DNA of 64,000 nucleotides from Eledone cirrhosa (taxonomy: Eukaryota), in assembly GCA_964016885.1 (NCBI GenBank), contig OZ024740.1:10974001-11038000 (forward strand), given 5' to 3'. Below are positions 41,201 to 53,445 of the stretch, piece after piece. The notes under the pieces are model-generated. The model had not been told where the DNA came from, did not search any database, and saw nothing but the letters and a program-made list of their open reading frames with translations. Each line of letters starts with the position of its first letter. The first letter of the stretch is position 1. The position numbers and the translations under genes are program-made.

Positions 41201-43880
41201 GAGAACAACTATATAGAACAACTATCTAGAACAACTATATAGAACAACTATCTAGAACAACTATATAGAACAACTATATAGAACTACTATAGAGAACAAC
41301 TATATAGAACAACTATCTAGAAGAACTATATAGAACAACTATAGAGAACAACTATATAGAACTACTATATAGAACAACTATATAGAACTACTATAGAGAA
41401 CAACTATATAGAACAACTATCTAGAACAACTATATAGAACTACTATATAGAACAAATATCTAGAACAACTATATAGAACAACTATATAGAACTACTATAG
41501 AGAACAACTACATAGAACTACTATAGAGAACAACTATATAGAACAACTATCTAGAACAACTATAGAGAACAACTATAGAGAACAACTATATAGAACAACT
41601 ATATAGAACAACTATATAGAACTACTATAGAGAACTACTATATAGAACAACTATATAGAACAACTATAGAGAACAACTATATAGAACAACTATAGAGAAC
41701 TACTATATAGAACAACTATAGAGAACTACTATATAGAACAACTATATAAAACAACTATATAGAACTACTATAGAGAACTACTATATAGAACTACTATAGA
41801 GAACAACTATATAGAACAACTATATAGAACAACTATATAGAACAACTATATAGAACAACTATAGAGAACTACTATAGAGAACAACTATATAGAACAACTA
41901 TATAGAACAACTATATAGAACAACTATAGAGAACTACTATAGAGAACTACTATATAGAACTACTATAGAGAACTACTATATAGAACAACTATAGAGAACT
42001 ACTATAGAGAACAACTATCTAGAACAACTATATAGAACTACTATAGAGAACTACTATATAGACCAACTATATAGAACAACTATATAGAACTACTATATAG
42101 AACAACTATATAGAACTACTATAGAGAACTACTATATAGAACTACTATATAGAACAACCATCTAGAACAACTATATAGAACTACTATAGAGAACTACTAT
42201 ATAGAACAACTAAATAGAACAACTATATAGAACAACTATATAAAACAACTATATAGAACTACTATATAGAACAACTATATAAAACAACTATATAAAACAA
42301 CTATAGAGAACAACTATATAAAACAACTATATAGAACTACTATAGAGAACTACTATATAGAACTACTATAGAGAACAACTATATAGAACAACTATATAGA
42401 ACTACTATATAGAACTACTATAGAGAACAACTATATAGAACAACTATAGAGAACAACTATATAGAACTACTATAGAGAACTACTATATAGAACTACTATA
42501 GAGAACAACTATATAGAACTATAGAGAACTACTATATAGAACTACTATAGAGAACTACTATAGAGAACAACTATATAGAACTACTATATAGAACTACTAT
42601 AGAGAACAACTATAGAGAACAACTATATGGGACTACTATAAAGAACAACTCTATAGAACTATATAGAACTACTATATAGAACAACTATATAAAACTACTA
42701 TAGAGAACAACTATAGAGAACTACTATATAGAACAACTATATAAAACAACTATATAGAACAACTATATAGAACTACTATATAGTACTATATAGAACAACT
42801 ATATAGAACAACTATATATAAACAACTATATAGAACAACTATAGAGAACTACTATAGAGAACAACTATAGAGAACTACTATAGAGAACAACTATATAGAA
42901 CTACTATAGAGAACAAATATAGAGAACTACTATAAAGAACTACTATATAGAACAACTATATAGAACAACTATATAGAACAACTATATAGAAGTACTATAG
43001 AGAACTACTATAGAGAACAACTATATAGAACTACTATAGAGAACTACTATAGAGAACAACTATATAGAACTACTATAGAACTACTATAGAGAACAACTAT
43101 AGAGAACTACTATATAGAACAACTATATAGAACAACTATAGAGAACTACTATAGAGAACAACTATATAGAACAACTATAGAGAACTACTATATAGAACTA
43201 CTATATAGAACAACTATAGAGAACAACTATATAGAACAACTATAGAGCACTACTATAGAGAACTACTATAGAGAACAACTATATAGAACTACTATATAGA
43301 ACTACTATAGAGAACTACTATATAGAACAACTATAGAGAACAACTACATAGAACAACTATAGAGAACTACTTTAGAGAACAACTATATAGAACAACTATA
43401 GAGAACTACTATAGAGAACAACTATATAGAACAACTATATAGAACAACTATATAGAACAACTATATAAAACTACTATATAGAACAACTATAGAGAACTAC
43501 TATAGAGAACAACTATAGAGAACTACTATATAGAACAACTATATAGAACAACTATAGAGAACTACTATATAGAACTACTATAGAGAACAACTATAGAGAA
43601 CACCTATATAGAACTACTATATATAGAACACCTATATAGAATTACTATATATAGAACTACTATAGAGAACACCTATATAGAACTACTATAGAGAACAACT
43701 ATATATAGAACTACTATAGAGAACAACTATATAGAACTACTATATATAGAACTACTATAGAGAACTACTATAGAGAACAACTATATATAGAACTACTATA
43801 TAGAACTACTATAGAGAACAACTATATATAGAACTACTATAGAGAACAACTATATATAGAACTACTATAGAGAACAACTA
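29279..43880. repeat. 13-bp satellite (GAAC[A/T]ACTATA[T/G]A), ~14.6 kb
   Basis: Continuous visible periodicity with variant monomers. Confidence 0.98.
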
Positions 43881-43959
43881 AGGATGAAAGGCAAATCTAA
43901 CCTCGGTAGGATTTGAACTCAGAACGTAAAGGGCCATAACTGTATCCTGACTCTTTAAA

Positions 43960-44220
43960 TTATTGCGTACAGTGCTCAGGTGCACCACAACTCATCAAAG
44001 GTGCATGTATTGCACATAGAATAATGTACAAATGTCAGAAAAGTGAACAGTGTATGAGCCATGCCACACACATGCGTGTGTATGGAGTTGGGATATCAGG
44101 TGTAGTGTTGGTGAATTTCAGGAAACATGGAAGTTTTGTAGGATTCACTGTCCCGACAGCTAACAACTGATGCAGGTAGTTTGTTCCATGCTTCAGCAAC
44201 TCTGAGTGTGAAAAAATGTT
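43960..44220 (-). mobile_element. CR1/L2-like LINE 3' end
   Basis: Minus translation HFFTLRVAEAWNKLPASVVS resembles the CR1 C-terminal FF..RV...WN.LP..VV motif. Confidence 0.75.
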
Positions 44221-44545
44221 GATAGAGTCTCCAAAACTAATTATTTACATTTTCAATATTAGAAGCTTTGACCAAACAACCATTACTTCAAGCTGGAGCA
44301 ACAATACTTCCAAAAAGAATATTTCAAAATATATACACACTTCCATTCTTGGTCTGTATTACTGTGTGTATATATGTGTGTGTTTTTATATGTATGCATA
44401 TACATGTATATTTATGTGTGTTTTTGTTTGTGTATGCACATACATCTATTTGTATGTGTGTATATATGTGCATGAGTGTGTATGTGTGAAAATATAACTT
44501 ATGTTGAAATCAAACAGGATGTAACATAACAAATATGGCCGTGTT

Positions 44546-44695
44546 TCATCTAAGTGTGACCAATTCTTCTGAGGATGTGGGGTGTATGGCAGTGGTGTTG
44601 TCAAACTGGGCTTTAGTAGCTCCCATCTTTACAGCAACAGCAAATCCTTGTAACATTTCATCACAGCCCATTCCAACCATATGGAGACCAATTAC
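44546..44695 (-). CDS. GSR: Glutathione reductase, terminal coding exon
   Basis: Acceptor aaacag|GTA; [52 protein letters not shown], nearly identical to the human GSR C-terminus (active-site HPT..EE). Confidence 0.97.
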   Translation of the reverse strand, partial: VIGLHMVGMGCDEMLQGFAVAVKMGATKAQFDNTTAIHPTSSEELVTLR

Positions 44696-44859
44696 CTGTT
44701 TGGGTAAAATATTAGAATTTTATAGGATACAGTGGTTAAAGCACATCTAACCACACACACACATATATACAATATACATACACACATATATATCCAATAG
44801 TTTATATGCTATATACACACTCACACACAAAAGCATATACACACAAACATATATATATA

Positions 44860-46020
44860 TCATCATCATCACCATTTAAAGTCCATTTTTTCACGCCAGC
44901 ATGGGTTAGACAAGTTTTCCAGATGTAAGCCAAGCCAGATCAGATGTCCGTGTCTTGCTCACACTGCACTGATTGTGGCTCCGTTTCTACGGCTGGATGC
45001 CTTTCCTAATGCCAACCACATTTATAGTGTGCTGGGTACTTTTTGTCATGACATCTTCACGACCACTTTACAGTGTGAGCTGGGTACTTTTTGTCATCAC
45101 ATCTTCACGACCACTGTACAGTGTGAGCTGGGTGCTTTTTGTCATGACATCTTCACGACCACTTTACAGTGTGAGCTGGGTGCTTTTTGTCATGACATCT
45201 TCACGACCACTTTACAGTGTGAGCTGGGTGCTTTTTGTCATGACATCTTCACGACCACTTTACAGTGTGAGCTGGGTCCTTTTGGTCATGACATCTTCAC
45301 GACCACTTTACAGTGTGAGCTGGGTACTTTTTGTCATGACATCTTCACGACCACTTTACAGTGTGAGCTGGGTACTTTTTGTCATGACATCTTCACGACC
45401 ACTTTACAGTGTGAGCTGGGTACTTTTTGTCATGACATCTTCACGACCACTTTACAGTGTGAGCTGGGTGCTTTTTGTCATGACATCTTCACGACCACTT
45501 TACAGTGTGAGCTGGGTACTTTTTGTCATGACATCTTCACGACCACTTTACAGTGTGAGCTGGGTGCTTTTTGTCATGGCATCTTCACGACCACTTTACA
45601 GTGTGAGCTGGGTGCTTTTTGTCATGACATCTTCACGACCACTTTACAGTGTGAGCTGGGTGCTTTTTGTCATGACATCTTCACGACCACTTTACAGTGT
45701 GGATTGGGTACATTTTATCATGACAACTATACAACCACTTTACAGTGTGGACTGGGTGCTTTTTGCATGACACCAACACAAACACTTTACAGTGTGTACA
45801 AGGTGCTTTTTATCATGACACCTACACAACCACTTTACAATGTGGATTGAGTGATTTTTATCTTGACACCTACATGACCACTTTACAGTGAGGACTGGGT
45901 GCTTTTTCTTGTGACTCCTACACAACCACTTTACAGTATGGACTGGGTATTTTTTGTTGTAACACCTGCACAACCACTTTACAGTGTGGACTGGGTGTTT
46001 TTTTTTGTAACACCTACATG
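44860..46020 (-). repeat. RTE 3' end whose 3'UTR has expanded into a 48-bp tandem array (~45020-46020)
   Basis: catcatcatc tail plus ggctggatgcctttcctaatgccaacc as at 17077-17225, then repeats of accactttacagtgtgagctgggt...catgacatcttcacg. Confidence 0.9.
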
Positions 46021-46033
46021 ACTATTTTATCTA

Positions 46034-46145
<112 letters not shown>

Positions 46146-46299
46146 TCCAGAGGGTGTAACTAGGGGTTACTGCAGGTTCACCCGGGTGAGCACTCGATGT
46201 TTAGGTTCACTTCTGTGATGGTGTGTAGAGCTATACAGAGTGTAAAATATAGAAAGGATAAAAAGGACGATTGATTATTCCTTCATTGCATTTATTGAT

Positions 46300-46387
46300 A
46301 GGTGACGCGCGTTTCGCCACTGATCAGCTCAAGGTTCGATCTGTATCGATCCTACCCGAATCAATAATCGGCAGCTCGACGGACCCT
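46300..46387 (-). ncRNA. Degenerate Penelope-type hammerhead motif
   Basis: Minus strand gggt-CCGTCGA-gctgccgatt...gatcagtggc-GAAAC-gcgc-GTC-acct; the CGAAACGCGCGTC signature is typical of PLE hammerheads, but the core has two substitutions. Confidence 0.5.
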
Positions 46388-47330
46388 CTTAAAATGCTAT
46401 AAGAAAATGAAATACATGCTATGTGGTAAGGTCAGAGTTTCAAGAGTTTGACAAAATGAGTTGTTTGGATTGGTGGGAAGGATCAAGGCGATGTACTGGC
46501 CTGTAGTGTATATGGGGGTGGGTGTGATGGTGAGATGTTGGTGACGGTCGGTGGATGAGGTGGGATGTGGTGTGGTGGTGGTGGGTTGGCCTTGGCGTGT
46601 AGAGTATGTGGGGGTGGATGTGATGATATGATGGTGGTTAAGGTTATTTAGTGGGATGGGCTGTGGTATGAGGTTAGTGGATTGTCAGTAGACGGGTTGG
46701 CGTGTGGGTGGGGGTATGGTAGTGGTGCCGTTGTCTATGGTAGCGGCGTTTGTGGTGGTGTGGTGGATGTATTGGTGGCGTCAGGTCCTTACATAGATAC
46801 ATATTTAGACGCTCTTCGTCTGACAGATACCTTGTATATACGTATACGCACACACATATATGTATATATGTGCACATATATTGTTGTATAAACACACACA
46901 ACATAAAACATATACGCACATCCTTGCCCACACATATCGACATACGCTCACACACAGCCATATGTATATGTACACACATGTATGTGTATGCGCGCATGCG
47001 GACACGAATATGGAGAGTGGGGAGTATCGGGGGAGGGGGGGCGAATGGCAGAGATGGGGGAAGGTGAGAGGCGATGTAGAAGGTGTTTTACATATATACA
47101 TACACATACATACACATGGGTATGGGCACATGGACTCACACTCATGTATGCAAGATATACACATACACACTCGCACACACGTATACTCACACATATATAT
47201 ATATACATATATATATACACACACATGTACCGACAACACACACATACTTGCACCTATACACATACATGCACATATATGAGCTCACCTACACATACAGTCT
47301 GATTTACCCATATACATATATGTAGACGTA

Positions 47331-48390
47331 CACCGAACATTTATTATAATGCTCGGTGTGTTTGTAAACAAACATTCCGAATTAAGCCGTACAGTGTCTA
47401 GCAACCATCGTTGCTCATTTGTTCAACACTGACAAAGGAACGCTGTACTAGTTTCAAGCTTATTAGCTATCGTCAGCAACGTATACCTTCCTGCCAGATG
47501 ATTGAACGTCTGAAAGTATATACCTTCCTTATGCATATTAACGGCTGAGCAGCCTAATTTGCATATCGAGTGAGTTAATCGGCTGGGGTACCGAAAACGA
47601 TACAAGGAAAAAATGAAACGAAATTTCATTTCTCACTCTTAGTACGGCTGTTACTTAAATATAAGTATGTATACGTACATACATATATGTATACAGACGT
47701 ACAGTAAGTATGTATATATATATACATACATGCACACATATATATATATGTACGTATGGATTCACCGAACATTTATTATAATGCTCGGTGTGTTTGTAAA
47801 CAAACATCCCGAATTAAGCCGTAGTGTCTAGCAACCATCGTTGCTCATTTGTTCAACACTGACAAAGGAACGCTGTACTAGTTTCAAGCTTATTAGCTAT
47901 CGTCAGCAACGTATACCTTCCTGCCAGATGATTGAACGTCTGAAAGTATATACCTTCCTTATGCATATTAACGGCTGAGCAGCCTAATTTGCATATCGAG
48001 TGAGTTAATCGGCTGGGGTACCGAAAACGATACAAGGAAAAAATGAAACGAAATTTCATTTCTCACTCTTAGTACGGCTGTTACTTAAATATAAGTATGT
48101 ATACGTACATACATATATGTATACAGACGTACAGTAAGTATGTATATATATATACATACATGCACACATATATATATATGTACGTATGGATTCACCGAAC
48201 ATTTATTATAATGCTCGGTGTGTTTGTAAACAAACATCCCGAATTAAGCCGTAGTGTCTAGCAACCATCGTTGCTCATTTGTTCAACACTGACAAAGGAA
48301 CGCTGTACTAGTTTCAAGCTTATTAGCTATCGTCAGCAACATATACCTTCCTGCCAGATGATTGAACGTCTGAAAGTATATACTTTCCGT
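47331..48390. repeat. ~430-bp tandem repeat, 2.5 units (starts 47331, 47763, 48193), rich in short inverted repeats
   Basis: Identical 68-aa ORFs at 47423 and 47853; near-identical nucleotide blocks. Confidence 0.93.
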
Positions 48391-48449
48391 ATGCATATAT
48401 ATATAAATTATCTTTCCCCTCTATACATTGTATATATAAATATATATAT

Positions 48450-49065
48450 ACATCATCATCACCGTTTTACGTCCGTTCTTTCACGCTAGCATGGGTTAGA
48501 CGGGTTGTCCTGTTGTGGGCAGTGTCTGGTCGGCTGACCATGCCTTGCTCATACAGGAACTGATTTGGCTTGATTTCTACAGCTGGATGCCCTTCCTAAC
48601 ACCAACCTCATTTACAGTGAGTGCTGGGTGCTTTTTTGTGGCGCCTACACGTCCACTTTACAGTGTGGGCTGGGTGCTTTTTTGCCATGGCACCTTCACA
48701 ACCACCTTGCAGTGGGAGGGTGTGTGGGCATATTGTCTATATGATTCAGCTTGTACCCATGGGAGGTCGGGTAGTCTGTATTACTGCGTGACGCCAGAGG
48801 TCACGGTCGTGTGTCATCAAAGCCTTTGAGAGGTGTAATTGGGTAAGGTCGGCTTTTATCACCTCATCCCAGGTCTTCTTGGGTCTCCCCACTCCGCGGT
48901 TTCCATTGACTTCTAGTACTCTGCACCTTTTTATGCAGCTGTCATCCTTCATACGCATCACATGTCCATACCAACGCAACTGCCTCTCCTGCACACAGCA
49001 TTTGATTCCTCTTATGCTCAGTCTCTCTCTCAATTCATTTATGCTTTGTCGTTCGCGTATATTAC
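48450..49065 (-). mobile_element. RTE LINE 3' fragment
   Basis: RERQSINELRERLSIRGIKCCVQERQLRWYGHVMRMKDDSCIKRC...GRPKKTWD, same family as 17077-18950; catcatcatc tail at ~48450. Confidence 0.9.
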
Positions 49066-49149
<84 letters not shown>

Positions 49150-49669
49150 GCATTCGAAACCAATGACAGGTAGATCCCAGTAAACTAATCTAAAATAACT
49201 TTCCTTTCACAAGAAATATAGTGTTACCTAAGTAACCTAAACTTCCTTTACTACAGTTTCCAAGATCAAGAAACAGTAGTGACCATCCCATTAGACTGAG
49301 ACAGTCTACCCTGCCAGAAAATCTTTTCATCAAAGGGATTGTGTAAGGTATCAGAAAAAATATATAAACCTATTAAGTGAAAGGAGTTCATTGTCACTGA
49401 ACCAGCATGGAGTAAAATATGGTTAGTTCAACTAACAAGGTAAACATTTATCACAGACAAAAGTGACATGTCTAAATTGTCACTAGAAATAGCAGCCAAT
49501 ATAAACCATCCATAAATTCAACATTGTCCTTAGAAACTACAGTAAAAGAACTTAGCCTCCTAGCTTTAGGTTGCTTAATTAAGATTCTTTGTAGAAGATT
49601 TCTTCTTCTTTCATCCACTTATTCTCGATAGGGTCGTGGGGGCAGAGTCCTCAAACACTCCCTCCAGTG

Positions 49670-51210
49670 GATCACTTTACAGTGTGGACTGGGAACTTGT
49701 CGTGAGAACTACATGACCACTTTACAGTGTGGACTGGGTGCTTTTTGTTGTGACACCTACATGACCACTTTACAGTGTGGACTGGGTACTTTTTGTAGTG
49801 ACACCTACATGACCACTTTACAGTGTGGGCTGGGTACTTTTTGTAGTGACACCGACATGACCACTTTACAGTGTGGACTGGGTGCTTTTTGTTGTGACGC
49901 CTACATGACCACTTTACAGTGTGGACTGGGTGTTTTTTTGTTGTGACACCTACATGACCACTTTACAGTGTGGACTGGGTGCTTTTTGTTGTGACACCGA
50001 CATGACCACTTTACAGTGTGGACTGGGTGCTTTTTGTTGTAACGCCTACATGACCACTTTACAGTGTGGACTGGGTGCTTTTTGTTGTGACACCTACATG
50101 ATCACTTTACAGTGTGGACTGAGTGCTTTTTGTTGTGACATCTACATGACCACTTTACAGTGTGGACTGGGTGCTTTTTGTTGTGACACCTACATGACCA
50201 CTTTACAGTGTGGACTGGGTGCTTTTTGTTGTGACACCTACATGACCACTTTACAGTGTGGACTGGGTGCTTTTTGTTGTGACACCTACATGACCACTTT
50301 ACAGTGTGGACTGGGTGCTTTTTGTAGTGACACCTACATGACCACTTTACAGTGTGGACTGGGTGCTTTTTGTTGTGACACCTACATGACCACTTTACAG
50401 TGTGGACTGGGTGCTTTTTGTTGTGACACCTACATGACCACTTTACAGTGTGGACTGGGTGCTTTTTGTAGTGACACCTACATGACCACTTTACAGTGTG
50501 GACTGGGTGCTTTTTGTAGTGACACCAACATGATCACTTTACAGTGTGGACTGAGTGCTTTTTGTTGTGAACCGACATGACCACTTTACAGTGTGGACTG
50601 GGTGCTTTTTGTTGTGACACCGACATGACCACTTTACAGTGTGGACTGGGTGCTTTTTGTTGTGACACCTACATGACCACTTTACAGTGTGGACTGGGTG
50701 CTTTTTGTTGTGACACCTACATGACCACTTTACAGTGTGGACTGGGTGCTTTTTGTAGTGACACCTACATGACCACTTTACAGTGTGGACTGGGTGCTTT
50801 TTGTTGTGACACCTACATGACCACTTTACAGTGTGGACTGGGTGCATTTTGTTGTGACACCTACATGACCACTTTACAGTGTGGACTGGGTGCTTTTTGT
50901 TGTGACACCTACATGACCACTTTACAGTGTGGACTGGGTGCTTTTTGTTGTGACACCTACATGACCACTTTACAGTGTGGACTGGGTGCTTTTTGTAGTG
51001 ACACCTACATGACCACTTTACAGTGTGGACTGGGTGCTTTTTGTAGTGACACCTACATGACCACTTTACAGTGTGGACTGGGTGCTTTTTGTTGTGACAC
51101 CTACATGACCACTTTACAGTGTGGACTGGGTGCTTTTTGTAGTGACACCTACATGACCACTTTACAGTGTGGACTGGGTACTTTTTGTTGTGACACCTAC
51201 ATGACCACTT
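49670..51210. repeat. 48-bp tandem array (ACCACTTTACAGTGTGGACTGGGTGCTTTTTGTTGTGACACCTACATG), ~32 units, RTE 3'UTR-derived
   Basis: Visible periodicity; the monomer matches the single-copy motif at 17226-17273. Confidence 0.95.
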
Positions 51211-51447
51211 ATTGATGACAAATTTACTTATGTATTTGCTACTCCTTAAATGTTAAGTTGATAGACTGTTTATATGCATTATCTCTCTATACGTGTGTGT
51301 GTGTGTGTGTGTGAGTGTTTGTGTGTGTGTGTGTTTGTGTGTGTGTGTTTGTGTGTGTGTGTGTTTGTACAGTGATTATGATGATGTCAGGAAAAATAAA
51401 AAAAACAAGAAATAACAAAAGAGGAATAAAAAAAAAGGTGAGATTAC

Positions 51448-51581
51448 CGTTTCTTTAGGTAATAGACAGATTAACTTCATCATACATTTCTCCTTGTGTC
51501 TAGTGATGGCATAGTACATAGGTGTGAAACTAGTAGTGTAGGTCTTGATATTAGATTTACCATGGAGCTTCTCAGCTTCAG
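51448..51581 (-). CDS. GSR: Glutathione reductase coding exon (phase 1-0)
   Basis: aatccag|CT...ACG|gtaatc; (A)EAEKLHGKSNIKTYTTSFTPMYYAITRHKEKCMMKLICLLPKET (human [26 protein letters not shown]). Confidence 0.96.
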
Positions 51582-51670
51582 CTGGATTGAAAAAGAAGGT
51601 GACAATAGAATATTTGTGATAACATATTTAGTGGCCCAGCTGGAAGTTTAGAGGCTCTGCTTTAGTAGTG

Positions 51671-52216
51671 GTCAGTCTGTTGCATGTCCAACCTTTACTA
51701 GTAGCCTGAGTACTGGTCAGTCTGTTACATGTCCAACCTTTACTAGTACCCTGAGTACTGGTCAGTCTGTTGCATGTCCAACCCTTACTAGTAGCCTGAG
51801 TACTGGTCAGTCTGTTGCATGTCCAACCCTTACTAGTAGCCTGAGTACTGGTCAGTCTGTTGCATGTCCAACCTTTACTAGTAGCCTCAGTACTGGTCAG
51901 TCTGTTACATGTCCAACCTTTACTAGTAGCCTGAGTACTGGTCAGTCTGTTGCATGTCCAACCCTTACTAGTAGCCTGAGTACTGGTCAGTCTGTTGCAT
52001 GTCCAACCCTTACTAATAGCCTGAGTACTGGTCAGTCTGTTGCATGTCCAACCTTTACTAGTAGCCTGAGTACTGGTCAGTCTGTTGCATGTCCAACCCT
52101 TACTAGTAGCCTGAGTACTGGTCAGTCTGTTACATGTCCAACCCTTAGAAGTAGCCTGAGTACTGGTCAGTCTGTTACATGTCCAACCCTTAGAAGTAGC
52201 CTGAGTACTGGTCAGT
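51671..52216. repeat. 45-bp tandem repeat (GTCAGTCTGTTGCATGTCCAACCYTTACTAGTAGCCTGAGTACTG), ~12 units
   Basis: Visible periodicity. Confidence 0.95.
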
Positions 52217-52219
52217 TAT

Positions 52220-52458
52220 GACACATAATATTTTACATAACATTTACATTACTCTATATATACTATTATATTTTAACAGTAAAGACTTTATCTCACATAA
52301 TATCTCACATAACATTTACATTACTCTATATATACTATTGTATTGTCACAGTAAAGGCTTTACCTCACATAATATCTCACATAACATTTACATTACTCTA
52401 TATATACTATTGTATTGTCACAGTAAAGGCTTTACCTCACATAATATCTCACATAACA
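52220..52458 (+). repeat. 72-bp tandem units (actctatatatactattg...cacataacatttacatt); 5' side of the LINE copy 2 target
   Basis: Unit starts at 52251, 52323, 52395; the same units resume at 58862. Confidence 0.9.
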
Positions 52459-52611
52459 TCTCGTATACGAGAGACGTGTGTTGACGTGTGTGAACAAGCT
52501 CGGCTACCGAGTCGGATTTACTTACTCAAAAGTGAGTTTTGATTAATTTTTTTATACTGTAATATACGTTAACCCCTTGCCTTGGTCGTCAAACTTTGAG
52601 TATATTTAAAC
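52459..52611 (+). mobile_element. Extra copy of the LINE 5' end (~150 bp)
   Basis: Duplicates the LINE 5' end starting at 53235, from TCTCGTATACGAGA to aaactttgagt. Confidence 0.88.
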
Positions 52612-52620
52612 TTTGAGTAT

Positions 52621-53150
52621 AATTAGATGGAACGGTGACGGCCGTAAATTCCCAGAACAATGTGTCCGTGGACGGAGTACCACGTCATGTCCTGGATGTC
52701 CGTAGAATCACCGTGTCAACGGACTCCGAGGAAGAGGAAACCCAAAGTGCCGCCCCAACACTGCGGAGATCGCAAAGAAGTCGCAAACCACCAACCTGGA
52801 CAGCAGAATTTCATATGCAGAAGGACGAGGGGGAAATTGATCCCTGAGATCAGGGGGGGGGGGGGGGGGGCGTGTGGTTATGGTACGGTGGCCGGAAGCT
52901 GGGGAGTGCTCGACCGGAAGAGTGCTTGACCGGAAGGGTGCTTGGCCGGAAGGGTGCTTGGCCGGAAGGGTGCTCGACCGGAAGGGCCAGCAGATCGGTC
53001 TCTCTTTAGTGGTGACCAGGAACGGTGTAGACGCGAGCTTGGCAGCTCCCGGGTGTTAATGAGTTGGACGCACGCGGAAGAGAAGAAACCAGCCTTGGGA
53101 TTTAGTGGCGCCTATGAAAAGTGGTAAGTGAGAAAGCTTTTTCTAACCAC
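52621..53150 (+). mobile_element. 3' part of the same LTR element (integrase tail, PPT, 3' LTR 52873-53150)
   Basis: Matches the reverse complement of 14078-14586, including the following ACATG; the LTR has one extra 16-bp internal unit. Confidence 0.92.
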
Positions 53151-53445
53151 AACATGCATATGTTTGTTTTACTCTATATATACTATTGTATTTTCACAGT
53201 AAAGGCTTTACCTCACATAATATCTCACATAACATCTCGTATACGAGAGACGTGTGTTGACGTGTGTGAACAAGCTCGGCTACCGAGTTGGATTTACTTA
53301 CTCAAAAGTGAGTTTTGATTAATTTTTTTATACTGTAATATACGTTAACCCCTTGCCTTGGTCGTCAAACTTTGAGTTTATTTATTTTCGCCCCTTTTTG
53401 GGGCGAATTTTCCAGTTAAAAATTTATTACGGCAAACTAATAGAA

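Noticed and set aside
44546-44548. TGA as selenocysteine (thioredoxin reductase)
   Set aside because: The protein ends EELVTLR like GSR; there is no GCUG C-terminal extension.
46674-47325. Cluster of overlapping His/Thr/Tyr and Cys/Val ORFs (also 16619-17092, 44216-44497)
   Set aside because: Degenerate (CA)n/(TA)n microsatellite sequence.
47423-48059. Duplicated identical 68-aa ORFs as a small gene pair
   Set aside because: A by-product of the 430-bp tandem repeat; no recognisable domain.
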